A stretch of 63,787 nucleotides of DNA, the filler included, from Chiloscyllium plagiosum (Eukaryota), in the NCBI RefSeq assembly GCF_004010195.1. It is 3 parts of one record of this genome, joined end to end, with 100 filler letters (N's around TTAATTAATTAA, not from the genome) between each part and the next. Parts side by side here need not be neighbours in the genome. Positions count along the whole stretch, not along the records: positions 1 to 22,078 come from NC_057713.1; 2 more parts are not named here. One strand, 5' to 3'. Shown here piece by piece: positions 1-13,070 of the stretch. Under the pieces are notes generated by a model, which did not search any database, had not been told where the DNA came from, and saw nothing but the letters and a program-made list of their open reading frames with translations. Position 1 is the stretch's first letter. Each line of letters starts with the position of its first letter. The translations under genes were made by a program, and so were the position numbers.

Positions 1-204
1 TGTGAGTTGCAATGTTGTACAGAAACTTAAACACATCCACTCTTTGTGCAGGTGATAGTAACACTTCAAATTTTTGACCAGTTCACTGAAGGACCATTTT
101 TATACTCAGCATTTACTCCAGCCCTCACCCCAGCCTCTTGTTCATGAAGGGAGTTTAATTTTGAGGCTTGAGAGAAAAGCTTATGCATGACATCTAGAAA
201 GGCT

Positions 205-608
205 TAGTGAATAGTGAGACATAGATATATGCCAGTAAATAGATTATGATGTATTAGTGCATTGATACATACAAAGACACATGAAGAGCAAAGTAGGCAG
301 GCAAATATATTATAGTTGACTAGATAAGCAGACATTGACAGGGTCTCAGATAACAGATTGGCAAAGATAGGTAAATAAGGATACATTGGTAAACAGGTAA
401 CCAGATACCTTGATAAAAAGGGATTAATATATATAGAATTACGTACTTATTCATTCAGATAATGATGGCTACTTAGATAGATAAAGCAGGTAAATACACA
501 GAATAGGTAGATAAATAAAATTTAGTAGACAGGTAGCCAAACATAGATGAGTGATAAGTAAAAAAAATGCTGGAGATAGAGAGGGATACAGGTAAATACA
601 AAGGATAC
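205..608. repeat. Degenerate GATA/TAGA-rich low-complexity tract
   Basis: Recurring agata, ggtaaata and tagata words with a purine-rich + strand; looks like a decayed microsatellite. Confidence 0.6.
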
Positions 609-1739
609 CCCAGTCATTTCAGACTCTGCTATAATACTGCATAATACCTTTGGACCACATTTTCTGGGTGGGAAATTCAGTTAAACCGATACATATTTTG
701 TTCTCTTGGAAATCCATCTGTACTCACCAAGGTCCCTTAGCTCTGAATGGTGTTGGTTGATAAAATGCTGCTTTGGAAGTCATTGTTCGTGTCAAATGCT
801 ACATTAGAATTTCATGCACAGAAAAATAAATATTGGTTGTACACATTCTAGTTATGTTTAAAATCACCAGTAATTCCTTTTTTCTAATTACCAGAGCAGC
901 CTTTGCTCTCTTGTTGCAAACACTGCCCAAGAAGGTCACCGAATATGTATGAAACTTCTACATTCATTATTTTTTCATGCTGGCCAGCTGCTCCCTCAGC
1001 ACAACAGGGACAACACAAACAAAGGCCAATCCAAATTAAACCTGCATCCCACTCACTTTCAGTCGTCTTAATAAAGGCCAATTTAAACAGATTTTTGAGT
1101 AATTGGATCTGCTGAAAGCAAGCAATAAACCTTTACTTCGCATCCCTATTATATCGCAGTTTAAAACTTGATTTCAAGGAAGAAGATTAGGTATAAGTAT
1201 TGCAAGTATATCACTAGCAACTGCTGCTAAATAATGTTCTAGAGGGAGTTTTTGTTTTTAGATCTGAATGACATTCACAGAAGGCAGGCTTTCAGCTGAT
1301 CAGAAGCAGAGGCATAAAGCTTTTTTTTATTATAATGATGACCTGTTACATGTGAATTTCTCTGGAACCAATTATAGTATATTTGTGGGAAGTTAGGTAA
1401 ATTTTATCAACTAAAATAGTGTCTTCTTCTTTCATTTCAGGCAATCCCTCGAGACCAAGGATGGCATTTTCTCCACACTAGTGTTGTGGGACCTGAAGTG
1501 ACCGAACAATTTAATGCTGAATCGTCCAGCCACAGGAGGGGCAGATGGTATTTGAAGAGGCAGGTGGGTGAAAGACTCATGTTTTGGCATGCTCCTTGTG
1601 CTGTTTGCACTGCTCCCCCCTCCCTCCCTCACCTGAGCTCCTGTTGGAGATGTCCAGGATGGTTGGTCATTTTGTACATGCTTCTTTTCCAGTTTGGGTG
1701 ATCTTGGATAAACGATTACCATGAGTCAGTGGGTATGTT

Positions 1740-2651
1740 ATAGAGTCATAGGGTCATAGAGATGTACAGCATGGAAATAGACCCTTAGGTCCAACCAGTC
1801 CATGCCAACCAGATATCCCAACCCAATCTAGTCCCACCTGCCAGCACCCAGCCCATAGCCCTCCAAACCCTTCCTATTCATATACCCATCCAAATGCCTC
1901 TTAAATGTTGCAATTGTACCAGCCTCCACAACTTCCTCGAGCAGCTCATTTCATACACATACCACACTCTGCGTGAAAAAGTTGCCCCTTAGGTCTCTTT
2001 TATATCTTTCCCCTCTCACCCTAAACCTATGCCCTCTAGTTCTGGATTCCCCCACCCCAGGGAAAAGACTTTGTCTATTTATCCTATCTGTGCCCCTCAT
2101 AATTTTGTAAACCTCTATAAGGTCACCCCTCACCAACTCCTGTACTCAATACTCTGACCAATAAACGAAAGCATACCAAACACCTTCTTCACTATCCTAT
2201 CTACTTGCGACTCCACTTTCAAGGAGCTATGAACCTGCACTCCAAGGTCTCTTTGTTCAGCAACACTCCCTAGGACTTTACCATTAAATGTATAAGTTCT
2301 GCTAAGATTTGCTTTCCCAAAATGCAGCACCTCGCATTTATCTGAATTAAAATAATCTGCCATTTCTCAGTCCACTGGCCCATCTGATCAAGATCCTGTT
2401 GTAATCTGAGGTAACCCTCTTCGCTGTCCACTACACCTCCAATTTTGGTGTCATCTGCAAACTTACTAACTGTACCTCTTATGCTCGCATCCAAATCATT
2501 TATGTAAATGGCAAAAAGTAGAGGACCCAGCACCGATCTTTGTGGCACTCCACTGGTCACAGACCTCCAGTCTAAAAAACAATCCTCCACCACCACCCTC
2601 TGTCTTCTACCTTTGAGCCAGTTCTGTATCCAAATGGCTAGTTCTCCCTGT
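1740..2651 (-). mobile_element. CR1-type LINE 3' fragment (RT C-terminus + 3' UTR) with internal deletion
   Basis: Minus-strand peptides SGVPQRSVLGP, KFADDTK and RGDLIEVYKIMRG...RGHRF...FFTQ. Tail reads ctctatgaccctatgactcta. Deletion junction near 2131. Confidence 0.92.
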
Positions 2652-3591
2652 AGGAATCACCGAGGACATTCTTAAAGTATTTTCTCTGGCCTCCAGGTAA
2701 TTACTTGCCACGATGGAGCTCTGAGTAGAGAGATTGCTTTGAAAGTGTTGTGTTAGATATGTAGACAATATAGCCTACCTGATGCAGGTGACTGACAATA
2801 ACTAATGTCCCAATACTGAAGATTTTGGCCTGAGAGAGGGATATTGGAGCCCCCAGTCTGCCATTCAAGTTTAAAAATAAGGGATCGCCCAGTCAAAACA
2901 GATGTGGATAAATCTTTGCTTACAGAGGATCATAGGTCTTTGAAGCACTATTTCTCAGAAGATGGTGTAAGCTGGGTAGCAAATTTTCCAAGGCGTGGAA
3001 TTTACTTGCAGATTATTACTCTGTTCCTTTCTCCTCCTGACAGGAGATTCCCAGAGAGCTGTGGAGAGAGGTGTTCAGGCTCTGAAATTATTGAATTTGA
3101 TATTGAGTCCTGAAGGCTACAAGTTCTGCAAACAGAAGATGAGCTGCTGTTCCCCTAGCTTGCACTGAGCGTCGCTTGAACGCCGCAGCAGGTCAGAGAT
3201 TGAAAGGTATTAGCTTCAGCTGCAAAGCAGATGTTTCAGGTGTGGTGTGGAGAAACGATGAGCTTGAGCCCCGAATGGTGGGGGAGGGATGTTGGTGTTG
3301 TAGGGGACTGTTTCAGACAGGGAGTCTTCAATTTCCCAGGTGATTTATTTGGATTCTGCTATGAGAGGAATTCCAAAGCGTTCCCACACATAACTCCCAT
3401 CTACAGTGCAGAAACAACTATCTGGTCATTGGAAAATCCGGACAGAGCCTTTGAATATTTGGATGCCAGGAGTAGATCCCTTATTGATAAGCAAAGAGAT
3501 GAAGCATTATTGGGGAAAGGCAAGAGTGTGGAGTAATTAGGTTAGCCATAATCTTAAGAAATGGTAGAGTAGACTGGAGAGCTTGAGTGAC

Positions 3592-3938
3592 AATGGCACA
3601 GTGGTTAACAGTGCTACCTCACAGCACCAGGACCTGGGTTCGATTCCACCTTGGACGATTGTCTGTTTGGAATTTGCACATTTTCCCCCATGTCTGTGTG
3701 GGTTTCCTCCGGGTGGTCTGGTTTCCTCCCACAGTTCAAAGATGTGCAGGTAAGGTGGATTGACCATGTTGAAAAAAACATTACCCCTGTAGTCTCCAGG
3801 GATGTGTGGATTTGGTGGGTCAGCCATGGTAAAAAAACTATGTGAGGTGAGGAGGTGCATCTGAGTGGGATGGTCTTTAGAAGGTTAGCATTGACTTGGT
3901 GGGCCAAATGGTACCTTTCTATATTATAAGGATTCTAT
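3592..3938 (+). mobile_element. tRNA-derived SINE (HE1/V-SINE type)
   Basis: A box TGGCACAGTGG (3594-3604), B box GGTTCGATTCC (3637-3647), V-domain-like core gtgggtttcctccgggtggtctggtttcctcccacag, CR1-like tail. Confidence 0.88.
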
Positions 3939-4398
3939 AACATACTCATGCGCCTATTTAGTATGTTTACTTATTTCAAACTTGCCTCTAATATCCACTG
4001 ACAAAATCAGCAAGGAAAAAGTTTCTCTTCTATTTCCATCATCAGTCTGGTACAGTTTATGTTCCTTAGCTGGTATGATTGGCCAGGAGCATAATAGAGT
4101 TTTGATACAGAAATAACTCCAGTTGCTTTAAGTAAGTGGTGGTAAGTAAGACAGATGTTAATGGAAAAGGAAATTAGAACCGGTGCTCTTGGAGAAAGAG
4201 AATGCCAGCATTAAAGAGAGGACCCAGAAGAAAACAAAAATTCTAAAGACTGAAAAGAGCACCAACATGTATTTGTAAAGATGGTGTCATGTTGTCTTTG
4301 TACTTTTAATTGTGGAATGAAATAGACAAAAGGCTGTTTTTAAAACCAAGGACCGTTGAAGGATTGCTGCACTTTTTTTTGAAAAGCAAGCAACTTGA

Positions 4399-4544
4399 CA
4401 CTAATTGTTAAGTGCTGTTTACATAGTTGTTTGTTCAAGCAGTACAGCACTAATTGTGAAGTGCTGTTTACATAGTTGCTTGTTCAAGCAGTACAGCACT
4501 AATTGTAAGTGCTGTTTACATAGTTGCTTGTTCAAGCAGTGCAG
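4399..4544. repeat. Tandem repeat, 3 copies of a 48-49-bp unit
   Basis: Unit cactaattgt(n)aagtgctgtttacatagttgcttgttcaagcagtacag starts at 4399, 4448 and 4497; copies are nearly identical. Confidence 0.97.
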
Positions 4545-7500
4545 GAAGTCTAATTTTCAAACCAGTTAGAGCCAATGGGGTGTGCACAAATGGAGCTTTG
4601 GCTGGCAACAAGCGGCTGATTGATCTGTGGATTAGTGACCAGTTGTTAATGACAAAAAGCTTTTGCCTGCAAACAACTATGTGATTGGTTCTCATGGAGA
4701 TAAACATCTTGGGGACATGAATGCTTTGACAAAGACCATCAGACCCCTGGAGGAGAGGGGCCTGCTTTTACTCTGCAGTAAACTGAATCTCAAGCCTGAC
4801 GATGGCCACTCCAGTTGTGGTAAACTATGACTTTTAATTCATAAATTTACATATGTGAACCAGGTACCATGTGCATCTTGTAAACTGACAAGAGTATCTG
4901 GGAAAGGAAGATTGAAAAGTAGCTTTCTGATCAGCACATGAATCATTTCGGCAAATCCTTTAAAAAGGGACCACTGAACTGTTTTCCCAAACTTTCCTTC
5001 CACCCATAACAACCATTTTACTTTTTCCTTACTGTGACAGTCCGTATATGTAGCAGAGAGGTGGTTTTAAGGGGGTTAGAATTCTAACTAGTAGAGTTAT
5101 AAATCAGTGAATCATAAATGTTTATCTATCATTAGAATTTATTTATTTGCAATAAATAATCACTCTTAAGTACAGAAACCCCAATCTGTTTTTTTTTGTC
5201 AATCTGGATCTAAAAGATATATAAACTGGATGATTTTGTGTACATTCTAAAATCTTTGATGATTGTGATGACTCTCAGAATACCAGGGCTTGATTTACAG
5301 TGCAATACCCCAGTAAGGTATAAGAAACCCGAGGAAGAATCAAATTACAGCATTAAAAGGAGAGGCTTGGATGAAAATAATATAACTGGATGGGATCAAC
5401 CTCAATGCTGCAGAAAGCTGCAGAGGCCAAGTTATTGAGTTTCTTTAGGACAGACATAGAAAAGTTCTTGATTAGTAAGAGCATCAAGGGTTATGAAGAG
5501 AAGGCCACATCAGTCATGATTGAATGGTGGGACAGGTTTGATGGACCAAATAGCTTAATTATGCTCTATATCTTATGGCGTATGGTCTTATTTGCTGATT
5601 GGTGAAGGAGATGGAGATAGCATGTCAACATGAAATAGATGGATTGGCTGATACTCTTTGGAGGGTCGGTGTGGAGCTGAGGGGATGAATGGATGCAGAT
5701 TCTATGATTAATAATTGTAGGGGTGTAAACAATAATTAGTTGGGAGCTGGAGAAATGGATTAAGTATTAACTGATAGGAGGTGTTAGAGAATGACTGTTA
5801 ATGTTACTTGGCTGGAGAAGTGTGTAGAAAGGGTGATAGGATTAACTGTTGGCTGCTTCCAAGAGCCCTTACCACATTGATGCATAGATGCATGTTGAAC
5901 CTTATGACAGAATACAGAGCTAGGTACCATGGTCACAGAGATGAGACAAATAATTTTCTGTCAAATGGTTGACAGTCATTAGAACTCTCTTCTTGTAAAG
6001 GTAGAAGAAATCCAGTGTTGTTGAATATTTTTATGGTAGTGTTAGATAGATTATCATTAAGTAGGAGGGTGAAGTGTTATCAGGGCTGGACAGGAATGCA
6101 GATTCACAAAAATGTTATGCACAGAAAGAGGCCATTTAGCCCACTGTGTCTATAAATGAGCATTATTATCTATTGTCAATTTCCTGCTTTCTCCCCATAC
6201 CCTTGCACATTATTTCCATCCAAATAATCATCCAATACCTTTTTGAATGCTTCAAGCTTGAACCTGCATCAACATCCTGCATACAGATTCAAGGTTACAA
6301 TCACATCAGCCAGGATCTTGTTGAATGGTGGATACGTCTTAAGGGACTGAATGGCGTATTCTTGCTCCTCTTGTTTATATGTTGCAGCCAATATCATCCA
6401 AAGGTAGAGCACTGCACATCCACAGCCAGAGTAAGAAATTCCCACAGCTGACATGCCTGTCAATCACTGATCATCACCATGGCAACTGCGATTGCATATT
6501 GTTAAATAAGGACATAACTGAGTCTATGCTCTTGGTAATTTCTCTTCCAGAATATGGTATCAAACACATGAAATATACACACAACTAACCAGCTTGTTTT
6601 ATTGTGCCCTGCATTTTCAAGTGCAATCACAAAGAAACACAGAATTCTTTTTTAGGAAAGCCACGTGTGGGCATCATAACTTATACTATTTTCTATTCCT
6701 TGTTGTCACAGCTACATAGTGGATGTATCTGTTCAAATGCAGATGGATCACAATGACCATTGTTAATGGCAATGACCTATCCCTTGCACTGGGAGGACTC
6801 ACTCGGTTATCTGATTGGGAGTAGAGAAAAGATGAAGGAAAATATCAGGACAAATGATGTCGGAAAAGGCCATTATGGGAGCAAGGAAGGAGGAGAGAGC
6901 AATGGGATAGTCTGATCAGCTTGTTGAAAATCAAAATGTAAATACTTTTCCTTTATGTTTTAAAATGAAAAATCTGTCAACTGTGAAGTATAAAAGTACA
7001 TAAACACTTTGGATTTATTTTTTCTCACAATGTTAATGAATAATATTATGTATAACCATAAATTGAGTGACAAACTCCATATTAGTTTCTTAACATCATA
7101 AATGAACAAAAAACGTTATTGTGTGACCTTTGTTGTTTGCTGTGATTGATGGTCAGCTTTTGCTTGTTTTCTAGGTTACCATGTATGAAAATAAGGCAAG
7201 TTACAGAACTTGTTGAATTCTGAAATTATACCAGGCACTGTGCACTAATACGTGCCTGGTTCTGACAGTAAAATACACAGAAAACACAGTCACATGCAGC
7301 AAATGACATAGATAGCTACATAAAATATGTTTCATAAGGAGGCATGGCACAGTCTCTCATCAGCAGTGTGCAGTATGGTGCAAGCTACAATTGTGGAACA
7401 GTCAGAGAAAATGTAAGCTACCAGATGGTACTCACTTGTAATTCACACCTACACAAGCACAATGTGTGTTGGAAACTGTGTAAATGCTTCAGTAACTAAA

Positions 7501-9342
7501 ACAGTGGCTACTATTCAAATATTACATCTCAGTGTGGTTATTAAGGACTGTGGTTCTTGAATGGTAATGCAAAACGAGCAGCAGTTTTCATTGGAAAAGA
7601 GAATCGAGTTGGGTATAAAATGTATTGTCCATTTGTTGTGGTATGCTTTGCAATGAAGTTATACCCCTTAGTCTTACTTTTCTATTAAAGCAGTTTTTAA
7701 AAATAGAAATCTACTATAAAATCTCAAGCCTCTACATGGATAAATATGAGGATGTGACAATCTTTATTTATTCAGAACAAAATTGTATTATGATCTGATC
7801 TGCTTGCTGGCCTGGACTTTGTCTGTAAGATTCTCCTTACTTAAACAAATGTCTCTCTTCACTGCTCATCAGGTAGCAGGGTTCTGCTATGCCACCATCC
7901 CTCCTAGCCATGGTATTCTAGTTGTAGATTAACTTGGTGTTTTAGGCTGAAGATAGGCTGTCAATCAAGTAAATGGCTTTGTACTGGATGATATTGAGGT
8001 TGTTTTTATTGATTCTACAGCTGCATACAAGCAGAGAAGAGTTCAGCATAATACTCTTGGCTTCTGCATGGTAGGTGATATGCAGGATTTGGGGAGCCAG
8101 GAGGTGAGCCATTTGCCCCAGTGTTTGACTGGTTCTGGTTGGCACAGCATCTATTCAGATAGTTTGTTTCAGTTTCTAAAGTTGGGAATAAGGGCGGAGA
8201 GAGAGGGATGTGTGCGCGTTTGGGGAAAGGAGGTTGTGCAGATATTTGGTAATGGGAATACCATTGAATGCCAGTGTAAGGTGTTTGTACACTTTTGTTG
8301 GAGATGGTATAAATGTAGAGTAATGGTGAATGGATTAGGTAGGGTACGCTTTGGAGAGTCAGTGAGGAGAGCCTGTTTCCTTACTGTAGGATTTCTGTGA
8401 TTCTTCCAGTTGGACTAGGAAGCTCTATATTATGACACAGAGACTAATACCTGAACCAAATCAGCCTTTCTATCCCTATATTCAAAACACAGTAAAATTA
8501 AACCAAAGATCCAAATAATTACTGCAATGATTCCTAAAATTTTAAATATCCAATCTGAGACTTTGTGAATAATTAATTATAGACACCTGGTTTGCATCTC
8601 AAACAAAACACAACTTATTTATTAAATGCATAATAACTAGCAGAAAAAAAATTAAACATGTAGATACACTGAGTAATGCCAATGGATTAAACCGGAAACA
8701 TTTATTTTCAGCCCCCATTCACATAAAAGACAGGCAAACATGATTAAGGGATAAATAAAAAACAAAACTGGCCAGATTACTTAAATGGCTTTCACAGACA
8801 CAGATGTGGGCTCATTAGTTGTTTTTCTGAAATGTCGATCAGGGTCATCTTCTTAATTCACCGAGTCAAAAGCAACAATATTTCTAACTCAGCTTCATAC
8901 TCTTTGGGCTTCCTGAAGTTGGTGTAACAGATTAGGGAGGGAGTTTTTAAATTTCATGCTGTCTCAGCAGCACTCCAGAACTACCTCTCAGAAAACACAG
9001 CTTAAAAAAAAACTTTAATTCTGGTTCCTCCCTGATAGACTATTCTTCACAAGGCCTCAAGTACCATTTAACAACTGCTTGAACATAGGGTCTCCTGCAG
9101 GCTTGCTGAAACCAATTTTCAGGTACTGACTTCGTTAATAGCCAACTTCTGTGTTCTATTTAAATGCAATACCGTTCCTGAGAGTGTGTTGGAATTCTTT
9201 TAATCAAGAATCAGATGGCTATTAGCCTCCAGACCTGGCCTCACAACCAAAAAACAACTTGTTTTATTGTTCTTTTCCTTTTACCACAAGCTGTCCCAAA
9301 GTCCACAAGTCATATTAAGCTCACATTTCAAAATTGATCACA

Positions 9343-9417
9343 GAAGCTTTTGCCCAAAACATTGATTTTCCTGCTGCCTGACCTGCTGTGCTTTTCTAGC
9401 ACCACACTAATCTTGAC
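9343..9417 (+). mobile_element. Truncated Penelope-like terminal repeat (pLTR) fragment, family A
   Basis: gcttttgcccaaaacattgattttcctgctgcctgacctgctgtgcttttctagcacc matches the right arm at 54566-54646. Confidence 0.8.
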
Positions 9418-10317
9418 AAAAATAATGACAGATCAGCAATGGCACTAATACCCATAATTTCTCTACTTTAAGAGGGCGGTGGTAGCAACCTGCACCAGGA
9501 GCAGCAGCTCATATAGCACTGTGAGGTGGCATGCCCATACAACAGGATCTACCCTCAATGAAAACAGAGTCAGTGCATGAATACAGCATTCAGGCCTTTG
9601 AATATACTCTATGTTTAGTAAGATCACGTCTGATCTGTTTGGAGTCGCCACTCCACTTCCCTGTCTGACCATCCCCCTCACCTCCATTAGTTATAAAAAA
9701 TCTATCTCACTTGGCTCTGAAAACATTCAATGATTCATCTATACTGGCTTTCTATGGAGGAGAATTCCACAGACTAATGATCCTGTAAGAAATGAAAGTT
9801 CTCATTTCCATCTCAAATCATGCCCCTTCATTCTAGTTTCCCCCACAAGAGGAAAGATCTTTTTGTAATCCAATCTGGCAGCTATGTCCTCAAAACCTAA
9901 ACGGATTGGTCAATAGTGAACACTGAAGTCCTCCATCCTAAGTACCTTCTGCCCTATTGCAACTTCAACCATTTCTTCAAACTGCTTTCAGCATAGAAGA
10001 ATGATGATTTATTAGAGAGGACCACAGTCAGTAAGCAACAAGAGGGTTCTTAGGTCATGTTTGACTTCATTATTGTCCAGCCAGCTGAGGATACCCAAAG
10101 CCACAAGACTAAGCTATGTACCATTATACCTCAGGTACTGTTTGTCCTGCCAGTGGAACGGGACGTATTGAAGAATGGTGATGGAAGAATCTTTGTAGAT
10201 TGTCATACTTCCAGCAATGTGCCTACATTAGCAGTTGTTTGATCAGTCAGTGCAATAGCTGTTCCAACTGTTACCACTCCTCAGCTGTCAGTGAGGAGAC
10301 CTTTATAATGTTTGATG

Positions 10318-10622
10318 ACTCACTGGTAGCATTCTTGCTTCTGAGTCGAGGCTTCAAATATCACTTTGAACACATTACTGTAAGACTGAGGGAGCTGCAC
10401 TGTCAGTAAGCACTGTCTTTCAAGTGAAATTGTGAACCCAACCCTTATTTGCCCTATTACATGGCTCCATTTTAAAGAGCAAAGGAATTCTCTGGCAAAT
10501 GTTTATTTGTCAACCAACATTATTTCAAAAACAAATTGATCATTTGGATCAATATCACCATGGAGTACGCAAATTAGCTACAATGTTACATTATAATAGT
10601 GACAGTACTTCAGAAGTACTTA
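10318..10622 (+). mobile_element. Old DeuSINE-like SINE
   Basis: Decayed tRNA-like head, core resembling 26245-26480, and a tail (gtgacagtacttcagaagtact) shared with other old copies. Confidence 0.5.
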
Positions 10623-10634
10623 AATAAAAATAAA

Positions 10635-10757
10635 GAATGGCAGATGCTGAAAATCTGAAAGAAAAATAAAAAGTGCTGCAGAAACTCAGCAGGTGCTGGC
10701 AGCATCTGTGGACAGAAAAGCAGATTAATGTTTCGAGTCCATTGACCCTTCATCTGA
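10635..10757 (-). mobile_element. Old Penelope-like pLTR with decayed hammerhead
   Basis: aaactcagcaggtgctggcagcatctgtggacagaaaagcagattaatgtttcgagtccattgacccttcatctg. Same family at ~23580, 32950, 46530, 47085, 49430 and 49580. Confidence 0.7.
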
Positions 10758-12019
10758 AGCAACTAAATAATTGTGATCATTGTGACTTAATAATTGTGAT
10801 ACTTGTATCTTTAAAACAAAATTAGTCTCTCCTTTGGGAGTGATTTTGTTTGGTACAAGTATATCCAAGAACATTTGGTCAGGTGCTGCAAAAAATCTTG
10901 ACAACTTACTTCATTAGATGAGACACTTCAGAAATAACAGCTGCCACCATCACTCTTAACGTGATTCATTAAGCAGTGTCACTTCCTTTAGTAAAATAGT
11001 CAGGAACATTTTAAGATCTGATAAAACCATAACTTGTAATAAACTACAAAAACAATATTTGTTAAAACTAGTGCTGATCAAGTAAGTGTAATATCTAGTT
11101 CGATGAATTGATTTTAACCTGGAAATTAGCCAAACCTTGACATCAAGTGACAGACAATTTCATTACCAGTTTATTTATATTTGAAATGGTGATTATATTC
11201 AGTTGAAATGAAAACAGTGATGCTGCATGTAGGTTCTGTACATAAATAAGCTGTACTGAGTTAACAGGGTGGTCAATAAAATCAATAACTCATGTTTACT
11301 TATACTTTCAAAATTACCTCTATCTTTTTTGTATTCTCGATTCCCCAGCCCAAGCCAAGTATTAAACCATTCCAAAGGAGTACAACATCAGTCAGGGTAA
11401 GGGGCTGGGGCTTCCTGAGTACATCTGTCTTGTTTATTTCAAATGCTAGGGGTTTCCAGCAGACTGGCACAACCCATGTACACTATGTGATTATAAGACA
11501 ATTTACTCTGACATTTTGAACTTGACAAAAAATCATTACTGTTGATAGTGGTGCTGAGGATAGTGTGTGAGACGGAAAGAACAGCAAATTACAAAACTGC
11601 CCTTTATATCAATAATCAGATACAAGACTTGCTGCCTGCTTTCTCATTAATTGCCATCGGTAGATTGTATATTAAATAACAATATTTTTTGATGGTGAAC
11701 AGGCACTGACCTTGGTGGTTTAGCCCATGAGAACACAGCAATGGTACAGACATGGAAAAGAAGCAGGACTGTGCTCATAAACGATCATATGTGATGTAGA
11801 TATGAGCAGGGCATGGTCTGAATGTTGGAGCAAATGAATACACTCACCAGCACATAGCTGTGCAGTCAAGTAGTCACAGAATAACAAATATTATGAGATA
11901 CCGCTGCAATTAATTTACCAAAAATCAGGGAGAACATGAATTTTTAAAAAAACAAATGAAACATTAAAAATTACAACAAACATTGACTTTAAAATGTTAA
12001 GCTATGATTCTGTTGTACA

Positions 12020-13070
12020 GCATCTTGTATTTATATAGCACCTTTAGCATAATGATACCTTCGAAGGCGCTTCGCATGTATACATTAAAAAGAATGTGAC
12101 ACCGAGGCACACAGGGAACATTTGGACAGATAGTCAAAATCTTGGTGAAAGAGCTAGAATTTAAGGAATGTCTTAAAAGAGGTGAGAAGGTGTGAAGATT
12201 TAAAGAGAACTTAAGTAGTTAAAGAAGAGCTACCATGGTGAAGCAGTTCAAGTTGGGCTCCTCAAGAGACCAGAATTAGATGAGCTTAAACATCTATTTC
12301 TTATTCATTTATTGAATACTAGCATTCTTCCAAGTTCAACATTTGTGCCTATCTGTAACAGCCAATGAGAAGATGGTGGAGTTGTTTTCTTGAAACTTCT
12401 TGTTGTATATGCACCCATACAACTGTTACGAAGGGAGTTTTGGGATTTTATCAAGAACCAATGAACATTAGTCAGCACAGAGGTGATGGGTGAATGGGTC
12501 TTGAAGTGAGTAAAGACACTACCAGAAGAATTCGGGGGAACCCTAAGTTTGCAGAGAATTGATTGAATGTGAGCAATCAAGCAAGAGAATGATGGAATAG
12601 TCAAATATAGAGGCTGCAAAAGCATTGATGAGGAATTCTGCAGCAGATGAGGTGAGGCAGATCCTAGTTACAGAGAGAAAAATACAGTACCTAGTGATAG
12701 GGGGAACATCAGTTCAGGTGAAATGTGACACTGAGTCATTGAAGAGTATAGTTCAGTTTCAGATTGCAGTTTGGGTGTGAATGGAGTTAGTATCCAGGAA
12801 ATGGAATTTGTAATGGGGACTATAGACAATAGTTTCAGTCTTTCCAATAATTGATTATAAAAAAATTTCTATCATTCGGTATTGGATGCCTGATGATCAA
12901 GTAATCTGATAATTTACCAACAAGAGATTATAGGAGGATACAATGAGGTGCCATTGATGTGCATGTGAAAACTAATACTGTATTTTAAAATAATGTCGCT
13001 CAGGGGCAGCATATACTTGAAAAATAGGAACAGGAAAAGGTGAATCCTAGAAGAACAGAGGTAATACTGC
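12020..13070 (-). mobile_element. Old L2-like LINE fragment
   Basis: Minus peptide HSPITSVLTNVHWFLIK resembles the L2 C-terminal HITPVL..LHWLP motif; similar to 53885-55040. Confidence 0.6.

Noticed and set aside
2652..3535. Old Penelope-like or other coding remnant
   Set aside because: A short stretch near 3100-3200 resembles the PLE endonuclease end, but it is too decayed to delimit or classify.
4399..4544. CRISPR-like array
   Set aside because: Contiguous tandem units with no unique spacers, no cas genes and a eukaryotic context.
4274..5326. Further solo LTRs (also ~8428-9325 and ~25370-26239)
   Set aside because: LTR-like composition and partial TG/CA ends, but no convincing TSD or boundaries could be established.
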